The notes under the pieces were generated by a model. It saw only the letters and a list, made by a program, of their open reading frames with translations, made no database searches and was not told the origin of the DNA. The translations under genes were made by a program, and so were the position numbers. Shown piece after piece: positions 21,725 to 31,137 of a stretch of 64,000 bases of DNA. The first letter of the stretch is position 1. Every line of letters begins with the position of its first letter. The stretch is from an uncultured Verrucomicrobiae bacterium (GTDB lineage: Bacteria > Verrucomicrobiota > Verrucomicrobiia > Limisphaerales > Palsa-1400): positions 2,944,001 through 3,008,000 of the forward strand of contig CAVXRD010000002.1 of the NCBI GenBank assembly GCA_963764165.1, in the 5' to 3' direction.

Positions 21725-23109
21725 ACGTCACCCAGGTCGCCATCCGCCCCAGTCAATCTTCGGAACTCGCAGGCCGGCCCTCGCTGACTCCGGAGTTGCT
21801 GGCGGCCAGTGGCGCGCGTTATTCCCGAAACAACGAAGGCCTGCAATCGATCCTCTCCAAAATCGATCCGAACAATCTGGAAAAATCCGTCGACGGCATT
21901 TTCCGCATGGTCGATTACGGGCACCAATCGATTGCGGACATGGTGCCGGTGGCGATGTTCATCGACGGCATTTCGATGTGGCTGGCGTATTACATTTGGA
22001 CGCTTTGCCCGACCGCCGGAGGACAGGAATCCTCCACCCGCTACATCAAGATTTCGCTGGATGGCCTGATTGAGCCGGAAACCCTCGGCATCCGTGAAAT
22101 TGGAGATTGGCGCGAATTAATGGGACAGTGTTTCCAAGCCTACCAATCGTCCGTGGAGATTTGGGAGGGATTGGCCGCGGCCAATCCGGCATTGATGGGC
22201 ATTCCGCAATCGCTTATCGACGACACGTCCGACACCGCGCGGAAAAAAGTGGCGCGCATGAAGCGGAATTATGCATTTGACAGGGCGCGCTATTTTCTTC
22301 CCGCCGCCGCCGCGACCAATGTGATGCTCATCATGTCGGCCCGCGGTTGGGTGGCTTTGTGCCAATTTCTTTTGTCGCAGCCGCTGCCCGAAGCGCAGCG
22401 GCTTGGCGAGCTGCTGCGAGCGGAATTGGAAATTCCCGCGCCGCGCATGCTCAAACACGCGCGCTGCGTCGAATCCGTGCAACGGTCCATTGCGGGCGAA
22501 TTTGAAAAGCTGGTGTTCCGCGCCAAAACTTCGCCGCTCCCGAAATCGGACAACGCCGCCACGCCCTCGCTCGCGGTTCTCACGCCGGCCGGCGTCACGC
22601 CAGAGGAAGTCGTGCGCGATTTATCATGCCATTCCAACCGCTATGCGCCGATTGGCACTTCGCTGCAGCGGACAAGCGTGCGATTCGGCTGGTCGGCCAT
22701 CGGCTTTGCGGAGATTCGCGATTTGAACCGCCACCGGACGGGGACAAAGTATTGCCCGTTCGTGCCGCAGGGATTTTATTATGCGGCCGATCAAATTCCC
22801 GCCGCGCAGGAAGAAAAACTGAGCGCGCTAAAAACGCTGGCCGCCGCTGGCCTCAGGGCGAACGAAAACGCCACGCAACGCCTGTGCGCCAGCGACCCAA
22901 CCTACGTTTATTGGACGTTGCTGGGGACGGAATTCCCGTTCGAGCACACGACGACGGCGGATAAATTCATTTACGAAGCAGAACTTCGGACGGGCCTTGG
23001 CGCGCATTATCGCTACGCCAAGCATCTGCGCGATGCGCTGGCGCTTTTCTACCAGCAGTTCCCGTCAACCAAAGGATTGATCCTCGAAGGCAGCGCGGAA
23101 CCGGAGTGA
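21721..23109 (+). CDS. thyX: FAD-dependent thymidylate synthase-like protein (tandem Thy1 domains)
   Basis: ARYSR, YGHQSIAD, QESSTRY, FDRARYFLP, RDLNRHRT, ELRT..GAH..Y. Confidence 0.75.
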   Translation: MNVTQVAIRPSQSSELAGRPSLTPELLAASGARYSRNNEGLQSILSKIDPNNLEKSVDGIFRMVDYGHQSIADMVPVAMFIDGISMWLAYYIWTLCPTAGGQESSTRYIKISLDGLIEPETLGIREIGDWRELMGQCFQAYQSSVEIWEGLAAANPALMGIPQSLIDDTSDTARKKVARMKRNYAFDRARYFLPAAAATNVMLIMSARGWVALCQFLLSQPLPEAQRLGELLRAELEIPAPRMLKHARCVESVQRSIAGEFEKLVFRAKTSPLPKSDNAATPSLAVLTPAGVTPEEVVRDLSCHSNRYAPIGTSLQRTSVRFGWSAIGFAEIRDLNRHRTGTKYCPFVPQGFYYAADQIPAAQEEKLSALKTLAAAGLRANENATQRLCASDPTYVYWTLLGTEFPFEHTTTADKFIYEAELRTGLGAHYRYAKHLRDALALFYQQFPSTKGLILEGSAEPE

Positions 23110-23117
23110 TCGGCAGC

Positions 23118-23148
23118 GGAGCGCGGCTGTGTCGAAGACCAGCCGCAG
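23118..23148. repeat. REP family 2 unit (GGAGCGCGGCTGTGTCGAAGACCAGCCGCAG)
   Basis: Near-identical units at 43385 and 50800, with inverted copies at 43469 and 50869. Confidence 0.85.
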
Positions 23149-23328
23149 ATGCTTGGAAACAAGTGGCGCGTTGGAACGAGTCCTATGGCTCGCCAGTCGC
23201 AGTTCCGAAGTTTTGATATGCTTTTCGGAAAACGCCACAACAAGATTATTTTTTCGGTGCTTGAGCTTGCATCCCTGCCGGGGTGCGGCCCCCGCGGAGG
23301 TTCATTGGCAGCCTCGCCCTGCCGAGGT

Positions 23329-25986
23329 TCAGTCGTCATCGTGCCCCGAAATAGCCCATTCTGGATAAGGTTCCTTCGTCCCTTTCATCGCGCGCCAGAG
23401 GATTCGGTTCAGGGTGTCCTCAGGGCATTGATCGGGCTTGCTCAGCGGCAGCCGCGCGGACACTCGGGCATCGCGACGCAGCGTCGCGTTTGAAATCCTT
23501 TTGACAGCGGGGTTCATTTCGTCCAGCGGAACATTGTTGGAGACGGCGGTGAAAGGGCGCAAGTCCGGCACGTTCACAAAACAGTCCGACATTGGTGTTG
23601 CGGTCGCGTCCATTTGGTTCATGGGCGGCAAGCCGAGCATCAATTCCATCGTCCGCAGGAGGCTCGTCTGATTGTATTGCACGCTCACAGTCGCTCCGCG
23701 CTTGGTGTAAGGACTCGCAACGTAGGCCGTTGTGCGATAGCCGCTGACGTGATCCCACCCGGCCTGGGGATCGTCCTCGATGGCGAAGATGCAGGTGTTC
23801 GACCAAAACGCGCTGCGGCTCACGGCGTCAACGATGCGCCCCAGCGCCAGGTCGTTGTCGGCCACTTGCGCGGCTGGAGTCGGAGAATGCGGGCTGGTGC
23901 CGCTGGTGTGATCGTTCGGCAGGCAAATCAAAATAAAATCTGGATATTCCCCGGATTTTTCATATCCGCCCAGCGCCTTCGTGAAAACGGCCGCGCGCTG
24001 GACATCGGGAACGTCCAAATCCCAACCCGTGTAAGTGGTGTCAATAAAACGACGCAGTGACTCGATCGACGGCTCGCTGTGCGTGTAGATTTGCCCGGTG
24101 TTTTGCTGAAAGGCGCGATACACGTCAAGAAAGTGAATCGAACCGGAATGCGTTTTGTCCGTCCACGATTTGGTTGAGATGGCGAATTCGCCATAATCGC
24201 GGAGCGTCTTGCCGTGCTCAATGCAGTTGTCCCAAATGAATCCCGAAGGCGAATAAGCCAGCGCATCAATGTCGCTGGGTTCCATGCCGTCTGGATAACT
24301 GCGCGGAAAATTGGCGAAGGACTTTTCCATGTAGTCGGTGGCCATGGCGGAATCGGCCCATTGATGGCCGTCGGCGCTGAGGATGCCGCAGCAATAAGTG
24401 TTATCGAGCAGCGTGAACTCGCGCACCAGCTTGTGCTGGTTCGGCGTCACCCGGTCGCCGAAAATGCACAGCCGCGAATCGCCGTTCCCGCTCACAACAT
24501 CTCCGAGCACCTGATCGTAACTCCGGTTCTCCTTGATGATATAAACCACGTGCTTGAAAACGCTCGGCTCGCCGACTCGCTCGGGAACAGGGCGCGGCGG
24601 CTGGCCCGCGCGGGGCGGGAGCGCAGCCTCGCGCAATTTCGGATAACGGATGCCCGCCAGCGCCTGTTGCGTCCAGGTGGCAAGCTGCGAACCACGCGGC
24701 TCGTTGAAGCGGGTCAGGGAACCGTAGTATTGATGCGAATTGAAGGCGTTGGTGCCCGCAGGCGGCTTGATTCCCTTGATGTTCGCGACCTCGAGCGAAT
24801 GCCGCCACTTGTCCCAGACGATCGCGCCCGGATACCAGCCGACGGGCGCCAACCCAAGCCACCTGGATTCGCCGGGCTTGAATTCGATGACTGCAACCGC
24901 GTTCTGCGAACCGTTGCACACGTAAAGCCGTTTTCCTCCGGAATCGAAAGCCAGCGCGTTGGGGCTTGCGCCGAAAAGATCGCCCGGGTCGACACGCGCG
25001 CTGATGGTTTCCACAACGTCGTCTGTGCGAGAATCAATGACGCTTATTGTGTCGCTGGCGGCGTTCGCCACTGCGAGAAATTTGCCATTGGGCGACAGAG
25101 CCAGCGCCGAAGCGTGCTTGCCAACCATAATTTCCCGCGACGCGCCTGAATCCGGCTCAATCACAGTCACCGAACCTTCGCTGGCGATGTAACGCGCGGG
25201 ATCGACACGCACCTTGGTGCCGCGCCCGGCTGGCCCGGTGACGCTCGCCGCATCCGGCTGGCGGCCGCCCCAGTTGCTCACGTAAATCTTATGTTTGACC
25301 AACACGACGTCATACGGCGCAACACCCACGGGCCATTGGTGAAGAACCTGCCCCGTCTTCGCGTCGAGTTCAGCAAGGCGATTTCCCAAGTTGCACGCGG
25401 CATAGAGTTTTGCGCCATCGGCGGAGACGGCCAGTCCCGCCGGAATTTCGGCCCTCCGATCCGGCGCGTTTGCAGGTGGAAGCTCGAGGGACATAATCCC
25501 CCGCACTTGATGCGCCTTGTCGACTTCAAAAACCTTCACGCTGCCCTGGACATCCGAAAGGTAAATACGCGTTCCGTCTGGCGAAAAGACGAGGCCGGTG
25601 AAGCTCAGTTGGGCGTCTTTGTCGGCGGAAAGATTGTGGGTAAACGCCGAGCCGGTGTTGGTGGGGCTCATCGACACGGGCGGGAGCGGAATTTCTTGCA
25701 CATTCGTCCACGTTGCCGGGTCAATGATGATCAGATCGGAGGTTTTGCCAGAGGTGGCGAGAATTTTTCCATCGGGGCTTAGCGCGAGCGCCTGAGGGCG
25801 CATTCTCGGAAGCTCAAGCTGATCCCCAACGGGTGAAACCAATTGATTGACAGGTGTGATCAATCGACCGGCTCCTTCGTTCCGGACAAAATCTGAATTG
25901 GTGGTTGCCACTGTGACGGCGGGCCGTTGGGCCGCCGCCGCGCAAGCGAGCCAAAAAACTGCAAAGGCAGATTTAGTGAATTTCAT
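23329..25986 (-). CDS. Bifunctional YncE-type beta-propeller / phosphoesterase (alkaline phosphatase superfamily)
   Basis: Signal peptide, YVTN-like repeats, HVVYIIKENRSYDQVLGD, SADGHQW, LPNDHT, EDDPQAGWDHV. Confidence 0.9.
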   Translation of the reverse strand: MKFTKSAFAVFWLACAAAAQRPAVTVATTNSDFVRNEGAGRLITPVNQLVSPVGDQLELPRMRPQALALSPDGKILATSGKTSDLIIIDPATWTNVQEIPLPPVSMSPTNTGSAFTHNLSADKDAQLSFTGLVFSPDGTRIYLSDVQGSVKVFEVDKAHQVRGIMSLELPPANAPDRRAEIPAGLAVSADGAKLYAACNLGNRLAELDAKTGQVLHQWPVGVAPYDVVLVKHKIYVSNWGGRQPDAASVTGPAGRGTKVRVDPARYIASEGSVTVIEPDSGASREIMVGKHASALALSPNGKFLAVANAASDTISVIDSRTDDVVETISARVDPGDLFGASPNALAFDSGGKRLYVCNGSQNAVAVIEFKPGESRWLGLAPVGWYPGAIVWDKWRHSLEVANIKGIKPPAGTNAFNSHQYYGSLTRFNEPRGSQLATWTQQALAGIRYPKLREAALPPRAGQPPRPVPERVGEPSVFKHVVYIIKENRSYDQVLGDVVSGNGDSRLCIFGDRVTPNQHKLVREFTLLDNTYCCGILSADGHQWADSAMATDYMEKSFANFPRSYPDGMEPSDIDALAYSPSGFIWDNCIEHGKTLRDYGEFAISTKSWTDKTHSGSIHFLDVYRAFQQNTGQIYTHSEPSIESLRRFIDTTYTGWDLDVPDVQRAAVFTKALGGYEKSGEYPDFILICLPNDHTSGTSPHSPTPAAQVADNDLALGRIVDAVSRSAFWSNTCIFAIEDDPQAGWDHVSGYRTTAYVASPYTKRGATVSVQYNQTSLLRTMELMLGLPPMNQMDATATPMSDCFVNVPDLRPFTAVSNNVPLDEMNPAVKRISNATLRRDARVSARLPLSKPDQCPEDTLNRILWRAMKGTKEPYPEWAISGHDDD

Positions 25987-26109
25987 GGTGGCTCGCGTGA
26001 ACCGCAGGAGCTCCACAGATGAAACTACGCCATTAGGCGCTAGCCAAGGGTATTCATTCTTGCCTGCGCCAAACCACGCGCGAAAAAATGTGGTGGTTTT
26101 CGGAGATAT

Positions 26110-26245
26110 TGAACAGAAGGGAACGAAGGTAACGAAGAATGGCAAGCTGCGCTAAACAGCCGAATTGTTCCCTCTTCGTTTCCTTCTGTTAAGACCCTTC
26201 CGGCAATATGCCAATCGCCCGGACGTCTCGGCGGGCGTCCCTGCC
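26110..26245. repeat. AACAGAAGG-AACGAAG inverted MITE-like repeat followed by a degenerate REP1
   Basis: gaacagaagggaacgaaggtaacgaag ... cttcgtttccttctgttaa; related units at 41670-41843. Confidence 0.65.
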
Positions 26246-26249
26246 GTGA

Positions 26250-27311
26250 TTACTTGCCGACGATGATGAGGTCCAGCAGGCCGGGACCATTGCGGTTGCC
26301 ACGGCCGCCTCGCGCTCCAGCGGGAGGTGGCGCAGCAGGCGTGGGGGTGGCTCCGGGCGCCGCCTCGATGGCGATCAAAACAATTTGATTCTTCTTTGTG
26401 TCAAGCGAACAAGTCTTTGCGCCCTGCTTGGTCTGGACGTTCTGCGCCACCTCAAAGGTGGTGGGGCTGGTTTCCTTAATGATGGTTAATGTGCCATCAC
26501 GCTGCGAGCTGAAGGCTTCCATCGTGCTGGGATTAAATCCCGCGCCGTCCGTTCCGGAGCCGATGGGCAGCGTGGTCAGAATCTTTCCGTCGTCAGCGTT
26601 CAGGATCACGCATGTCGCGGGCTTGCGGCACATGGCGAAAAGGATGTGATTTTTGGCGTCCAGCGCCAGCCCGGCGGGGCCTTCAGCTTTATCGCCGAGC
26701 TTGTAATGGCCGGTCGTCTTCATCGCCTTGGCATCGACGACGGCGATTTGGTTTTCGTCTTCCAAATCAACGTAAACCTTGCCCGCGCCGTCGCTCGCTC
26801 CCTGCTCGGGCGCGCCGCCCAGGCTGATTGTCCCAGTAATGGAACCGTCCTTGGGATCGATGACTGTCACGTTCGGCTCGCTATGGCTCAGAATCCAAAT
26901 TTTCTCGGTGGCAGGCTCATGCATGATGCCGTCCGGATTGCCCTCAACCTTGATCGTCTTGATGGTTTCCAGCGTGGTTGTGTCAAACATCGTCACCGGA
27001 TTGCGGCTGCTGAAACCGTGATGTGATTTCGGGTCGACCGCGACGCCGTGGCCGCCGCTGTTGGTGACGGCGCCAACCTGTTTGAGCGTGTCGAGATCGA
27101 AGGCGAGAATCTGATTGCCGCGTGGGACGTAAACGCGGCGGCCCTCGCTATCTGCGCAAACGTAATCAATGCCTCCCGTGCCCATTGTTTGGGATGTGTT
27201 TATGACTTTGTAAGAATCTTCAGCGATCGCCGAAGCGGTAAGGTGAGTGGCCGCGAATGCTCCCAATCCTGCCATGAGCATGCTGCGTGCGAACGGAAGT
27301 CTAGTCTTCAT
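26250..27311 (-). CDS. Secreted YncE-family beta-propeller protein
   Basis: Signal peptide; GGIDY, HGVAVDP, GNPDG, GAPE, PAGLALD repeats. Confidence 0.85.
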   Translation of the reverse strand: MKTRLPFARSMLMAGLGAFAATHLTASAIAEDSYKVINTSQTMGTGGIDYVCADSEGRRVYVPRGNQILAFDLDTLKQVGAVTNSGGHGVAVDPKSHHGFSSRNPVTMFDTTTLETIKTIKVEGNPDGIMHEPATEKIWILSHSEPNVTVIDPKDGSITGTISLGGAPEQGASDGAGKVYVDLEDENQIAVVDAKAMKTTGHYKLGDKAEGPAGLALDAKNHILFAMCRKPATCVILNADDGKILTTLPIGSGTDGAGFNPSTMEAFSSQRDGTLTIIKETSPTTFEVAQNVQTKQGAKTCSLDTKKNQIVLIAIEAAPGATPTPAAPPPAGARGGRGNRNGPGLLDLIIVGK

Positions 27312-27347
27312 AAGGCTATCCATTGCCAAGTGCGCCAGCTTTGTCAA

Positions 27348-28346
27348 TCAGGGATTAAAGGCCCGGTAATAGCGCGCTTGCACGGAGGTCGACGAATCCG
27401 TCCAGGTGTAAGGAGAGGCTGACGGAGTCGCGCTGGCCACAGTGGACCAATCCACCAAATTGGTGGATGATTGCACGCTCAGGGCCAGACCCGGCGTGGT
27501 GGCAATGACGACGGTGACAGACCCATTGCTGGACCGCACGATTGAATCGAACGAAAGGGGCTGCAGAACCACGGCGATGGTGATCGGATTGGCGTCCAGC
27601 GTAACGGCCGTCTGAGTCAGCAGCCGTCCGTTTATGGAGGCGCCCGTCTGCATATTGACTCCGGTTGCGGCCAGTATGGTGCCCGCGAATTTCGACGTCG
27701 TTCCCAGATCCGCTCCGTTGCCGCCGGCGACCTGCCAGAAGACGTTGCGAGGCTGCGCTCCGCCGCTGAGCAAAAGGCTCGTTGAGTTCGCAAGGGTAAG
27801 ATTCCCGGAAATTTGGAACACCCAGACATTCGTCGCATTGCCGGAAAGAGTGACATCGCTTGTTATCAAGACATCGCTGTTCCATTTGTAGAGTCCCGGC
27901 GCGAGAGTCCTGCCTCCAATGCTGCCGTTTCCAAGATCCAGATAGTCAGGCGAACTCCTGCCGGCGGCATCCGTGTAAGCCGTTTGCATGTCGCCAACGG
28001 CGGTCGTCAAATTAACAGGCGTCGGCGAAGCGTAGTCGGGCGCAAAGACCTCGCCGGTGATCTGCGAGGAAGTCGAGAATTGGCCTGAACTGTCAATTGT
28101 AAGCGAAAATCCGGTGATGGCAGACGACTCAATGGGGCTCACCGCGATATCGCCCGTGATCGCGGACGGGGGAACCGTGCTGATTCCCGATTTTGCCAGG
28201 ATGGCATAGCTTCCTGAGGTTCGGAGGTTGACCAGCGGCTGCCCGCCGAACGCCTTGGTTTGGACAATAAGGACAAGAACGGCGAGTTCCGCAATCCAAC
28301 CGATGCATTTGGAACCGCCCCAGACTTTTTTATTTGTTGTGCTCAT
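27348..28346 (-). CDS. Ice-binding protein (DUF3494) with a C-terminal STNL..W..RYYR domain
   Basis: YAILAKSGIS, ITGDIAVSP, AVGDMQTAYTDAAGR, LAPGLYKW, WVFQI, NVFWQVAG, GRLLTQTAVTLD. Confidence 0.93.
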   Translation of the reverse strand: MSTTNKKVWGGSKCIGWIAELAVLVLIVQTKAFGGQPLVNLRTSGSYAILAKSGISTVPPSAITGDIAVSPIESSAITGFSLTIDSSGQFSTSSQITGEVFAPDYASPTPVNLTTAVGDMQTAYTDAAGRSSPDYLDLGNGSIGGRTLAPGLYKWNSDVLITSDVTLSGNATNVWVFQISGNLTLANSTSLLLSGGAQPRNVFWQVAGGNGADLGTTSKFAGTILAATGVNMQTGASINGRLLTQTAVTLDANPITIAVVLQPLSFDSIVRSSNGSVTVVIATTPGLALSVQSSTNLVDWSTVASATPSASPYTWTDSSTSVQARYYRAFNP

Positions 28347-28445
28347 AAAATAGAAATTCATCGGCGCGCCCACACTTCAGTTTCCCTGCCCGTTGATGGG
28401 AGATTCACCGGAAAGACACCTTGAGCCAGGCAGGACAATACTAAT

Positions 28446-28478
28446 ATAGGGTGAAACCAGCTTCGTGTTTCACCTGAT
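28446..28478. promoter_or_regulatory. Inverted repeat GGTGAAAC-N9-GTTTCACC, candidate regulator site between divergent genes
   Basis: atagggtgaaaccagcttcgtgtttcacctgat read directly; function inferred. Confidence 0.45.
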
Positions 28479-28547
28479 ATGCAATCGAAAGCGGGGAAAC
28501 GATTCTATTGGAAGATTGGCGGCTTGCCGGCAGGCCCCATCGCTCAA

Positions 28548-29243
28548 ATGAAACGAAAACAAATGCCATTTCCCGCCCGCTACGCCGCCGCTTTGCGAAA
28601 ACACCTCGCGCAGGACGGGCGCGCGGGCTTTCAGCCGGCAGAACGGCTGGGGCGCGTGGCGGTCGCTCTTGGATTGGAAATCCTGCAACTGGCGAGAGTT
28701 CATGAGCAGGCCGTCGTTTCGCAGTCATTATCCGGAGATCATGGAATGCTCAAACGGGCGGAGACTTTTTTTACCGAGACCTCCAAGCCGATCGTGGAAA
28801 CGCATCGCGCCGCGCGGCAAAGCAAGGTTGAATTGCAGCGGCTCAACGAGACTCTCAGCCGGCGGACACTTGAGCTGGCCTCCACCAACCGGCAATTGCA
28901 GCGGGGCATTCTCCGCCGCAAGGGAGTCGAAGCCGCCCTCAAAAAGAGCGGCGAACATTACGCGAAGCTGCTGAAGGATTCGCTGGATTTGCAGGAGGGG
29001 CTGAGGCGTTTGACCCATCAGCTCCTGGCCTCCCAGGAGGAGGATCGAAAGAAGATCAGCGAGGAGCTGCAGGCTGAAATCGCCCAGACCCTTCTGGGAA
29101 TCAATGTCCGGCTGCTTTCTTTGAAAAGCGAAGCGAAGCTCAATACCAAGGGGCTGAAGAATGAAATCGCCAGCACCCAGCGGCTGGTGGCAAAATCCAC
29201 GAAATCCGTGCGCCGGGCCGCTCGTGAATTTAGGAACGCATGA
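28548..29243 (+). CDS. RsbU_N-like + coiled coil + HisKA_3-like pseudo-kinase (no phospho-His, no HATPase)
   Basis: Paralog of the next gene; H-box reads EELQAEIAQ instead of RELHDVIAQ; ends at the end of the DHp domain. Confidence 0.8.
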   Translation: MKRKQMPFPARYAAALRKHLAQDGRAGFQPAERLGRVAVALGLEILQLARVHEQAVVSQSLSGDHGMLKRAETFFTETSKPIVETHRAARQSKVELQRLNETLSRRTLELASTNRQLQRGILRRKGVEAALKKSGEHYAKLLKDSLDLQEGLRRLTHQLLASQEEDRKKISEELQAEIAQTLLGINVRLLSLKSEAKLNTKGLKNEIASTQRLVAKSTKSVRRAAREFRNA

Positions 29244-30400
29244 AACAGAAGCTTTTTGACGTCTCGCGCCGCTATCAAGTGGCGCTGCGGGCGCATCTGC
29301 GCGGCGATCAGGACAGCAGCCTGGAATCGGCGCGGGGGCTGGGCGGCATGGCCATGGCGGCCGGGCTTCAAACTCTCGATCTGGCCAAGCTTCATGAGCG
29401 GACATTGGTGGCGGCGCTGCTTCCCACCTGCACCTCGCGCCGCCGGGCCGCGCTCATCAAACAGGCAGGCGCGTTTTTTGCGGTGGCGATCACCCCGCTT
29501 GAAGAGACCCATCCCAGCGCCAGGGAAGCCACGGCTTACCTGAAAAAATTCATTGAGGCGCTGAGCCAGAGGACGGTCGAGCTGGCGGTCTCGAATTTGG
29601 AACTGAGCCTGGAGGTCACCCAGCGCAAGGCGGCGGAGAGCGCGCTTAGAAAAAGCGAGCGCCATTACTCGAAACTCCTCAAGCAGTCGGATCATTTGCA
29701 GGAGCAATTGCGGCGCCTGTCCCGCCAGATTCTTTCCGCCCAGGAAGATGAGCGGAAAAAAATCAGCCGCGAACTTCACGATGTCATCGCCCAGACGCTG
29801 ACCGGCATCAACATCCGTCTGGCCACACTGGCCAAGGATGCGTCCAAGAACACCAAGGGCCTTGACCGAAACATCGCCCGCACGCAGCGGCTGGTCGAAA
29901 AATCGGTGAACATCGTGCATCAGTTTGCACGGGAGCTGCGGCCCGCCTTGCTGGATGACCTGGGATTGATTCCAGCCCTCCACTCCTACTTAAAGGCATT
30001 TACAACCCAAAGTGGCGTGCGCACGCAATTGACGGCTTTTGCCGGAGTGGAACGCCTGGATGCCGCCAGCCGCACAGTGCTTTTCCGGGTGGCGCAAGAG
30101 GCCCTGACAAACGTCGCCCGGCACGCAAAAGCCACCCGGGCGACTGTCACGATCACGGATCCGCCCGAGGGCGTCTGCATGAAAATCGCCGATGACGGAA
30201 GATCATTTGAAGTGGAAAAGGTGCTCAAAGGCAAAGCGGGCAGGCGCCTGGGCGTTTTGGGCATGAGGGAGCGGCTGGAAATGATTGGCGGCCGCTTGTA
30301 TATTGAATCGCTGGCCGGGAAAGGGACAACAATAACCGCGCAGCTAAAGCCTGTGGCCATCGAGCCGCGGCCCGCCGCGAAAGGGCAAACGCACCCATGA
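29240..30400 (+). CDS. Soluble sensor histidine kinase (RsbU_N-like, HisKA_3, HATPase)
   Basis: ERKKISRELHD, QEALTNVARHA, DDG, LGVLGMRER, GKGT; no TM segment. Confidence 0.92.
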   Translation: MKQKLFDVSRRYQVALRAHLRGDQDSSLESARGLGGMAMAAGLQTLDLAKLHERTLVAALLPTCTSRRRAALIKQAGAFFAVAITPLEETHPSAREATAYLKKFIEALSQRTVELAVSNLELSLEVTQRKAAESALRKSERHYSKLLKQSDHLQEQLRRLSRQILSAQEDERKKISRELHDVIAQTLTGINIRLATLAKDASKNTKGLDRNIARTQRLVEKSVNIVHQFARELRPALLDDLGLIPALHSYLKAFTTQSGVRTQLTAFAGVERLDAASRTVLFRVAQEALTNVARHAKATRATVTITDPPEGVCMKIADDGRSFEVEKVLKGKAGRRLGVLGMRERLEMIGGRLYIESLAGKGTTITAQLKPVAIEPRPAAKGQTHP

Positions 30401-31074
30401 AAAAAATAACTGTCTTATTGGCCGACGACCACACGGTTGTCCGCGAGGGATTCCGAAAAATGCTCGAACTGGAAACCGACATTGAAATCGTCGGAGAATC
30501 CCCAGACGGACGCCATGCGGTGAATATGGCGGCGAAGCTCCACCCCGACGTTGTGCTCATGGATATCGCCATGCCCTCGCTGAATGGGCTCGAAGCCACC
30601 CGCCAACTGCTTCGGGCGTTGCCAGGCGCCAAAGTTTTGATCCTCTCGGCGCATAATGATGACGCATACGTCCAGACTGCCGCCGCTGCCGGAGCCGTTG
30701 GTTTCCTGTTGAAGCAGACCTCGGCCAATGACGTTTGCCGCGCCATCCGGGAGGTTCACAGCGGAAGGACGTTTTTCAGCCCCTCGGTAGCCAAGCGGCA
30801 GGACCGGCTGAATCAAGCGTCCCTAACCCGCACGGGTGGTGTCAATAAGAAAGCGGCGCAGTTGACCTCCCGCGAAATGGAAGTGCTGCAACTGATTGCC
30901 GAAGGCAAAGCGAACAAGGAAACGGCTTCGGAACTCGGCATTGGCATCAAGACGGTCGAGAAACATCGCGAGCATATCATGCAAAAGCTGGACATTCACG
31001 AGACGGCGGGACTGACACGCTACGCCATATCAGCGGGCTTCATCGAGAGCAGCGTGCAAGTGACCATTGTCTGA
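30397..31074 (+). CDS. NarL/LuxR-family response regulator
   Basis: LADDH, DVVLMDIAMP, LTSREMEVLQLIAEG..NKE...TVEKHR. Confidence 0.95.
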   Translation: MKKITVLLADDHTVVREGFRKMLELETDIEIVGESPDGRHAVNMAAKLHPDVVLMDIAMPSLNGLEATRQLLRALPGAKVLILSAHNDDAYVQTAAAAGAVGFLLKQTSANDVCRAIREVHSGRTFFSPSVAKRQDRLNQASLTRTGGVNKKAAQLTSREMEVLQLIAEGKANKETASELGIGIKTVEKHREHIMQKLDIHETAGLTRYAISAGFIESSVQVTIV

Positions 31075-31137
31075 CAACGGATGACAGGTAAACACCGGAT
31101 AGCAGTTCGCGCGCTTCTTAGTCCATCCTGTTCGACG

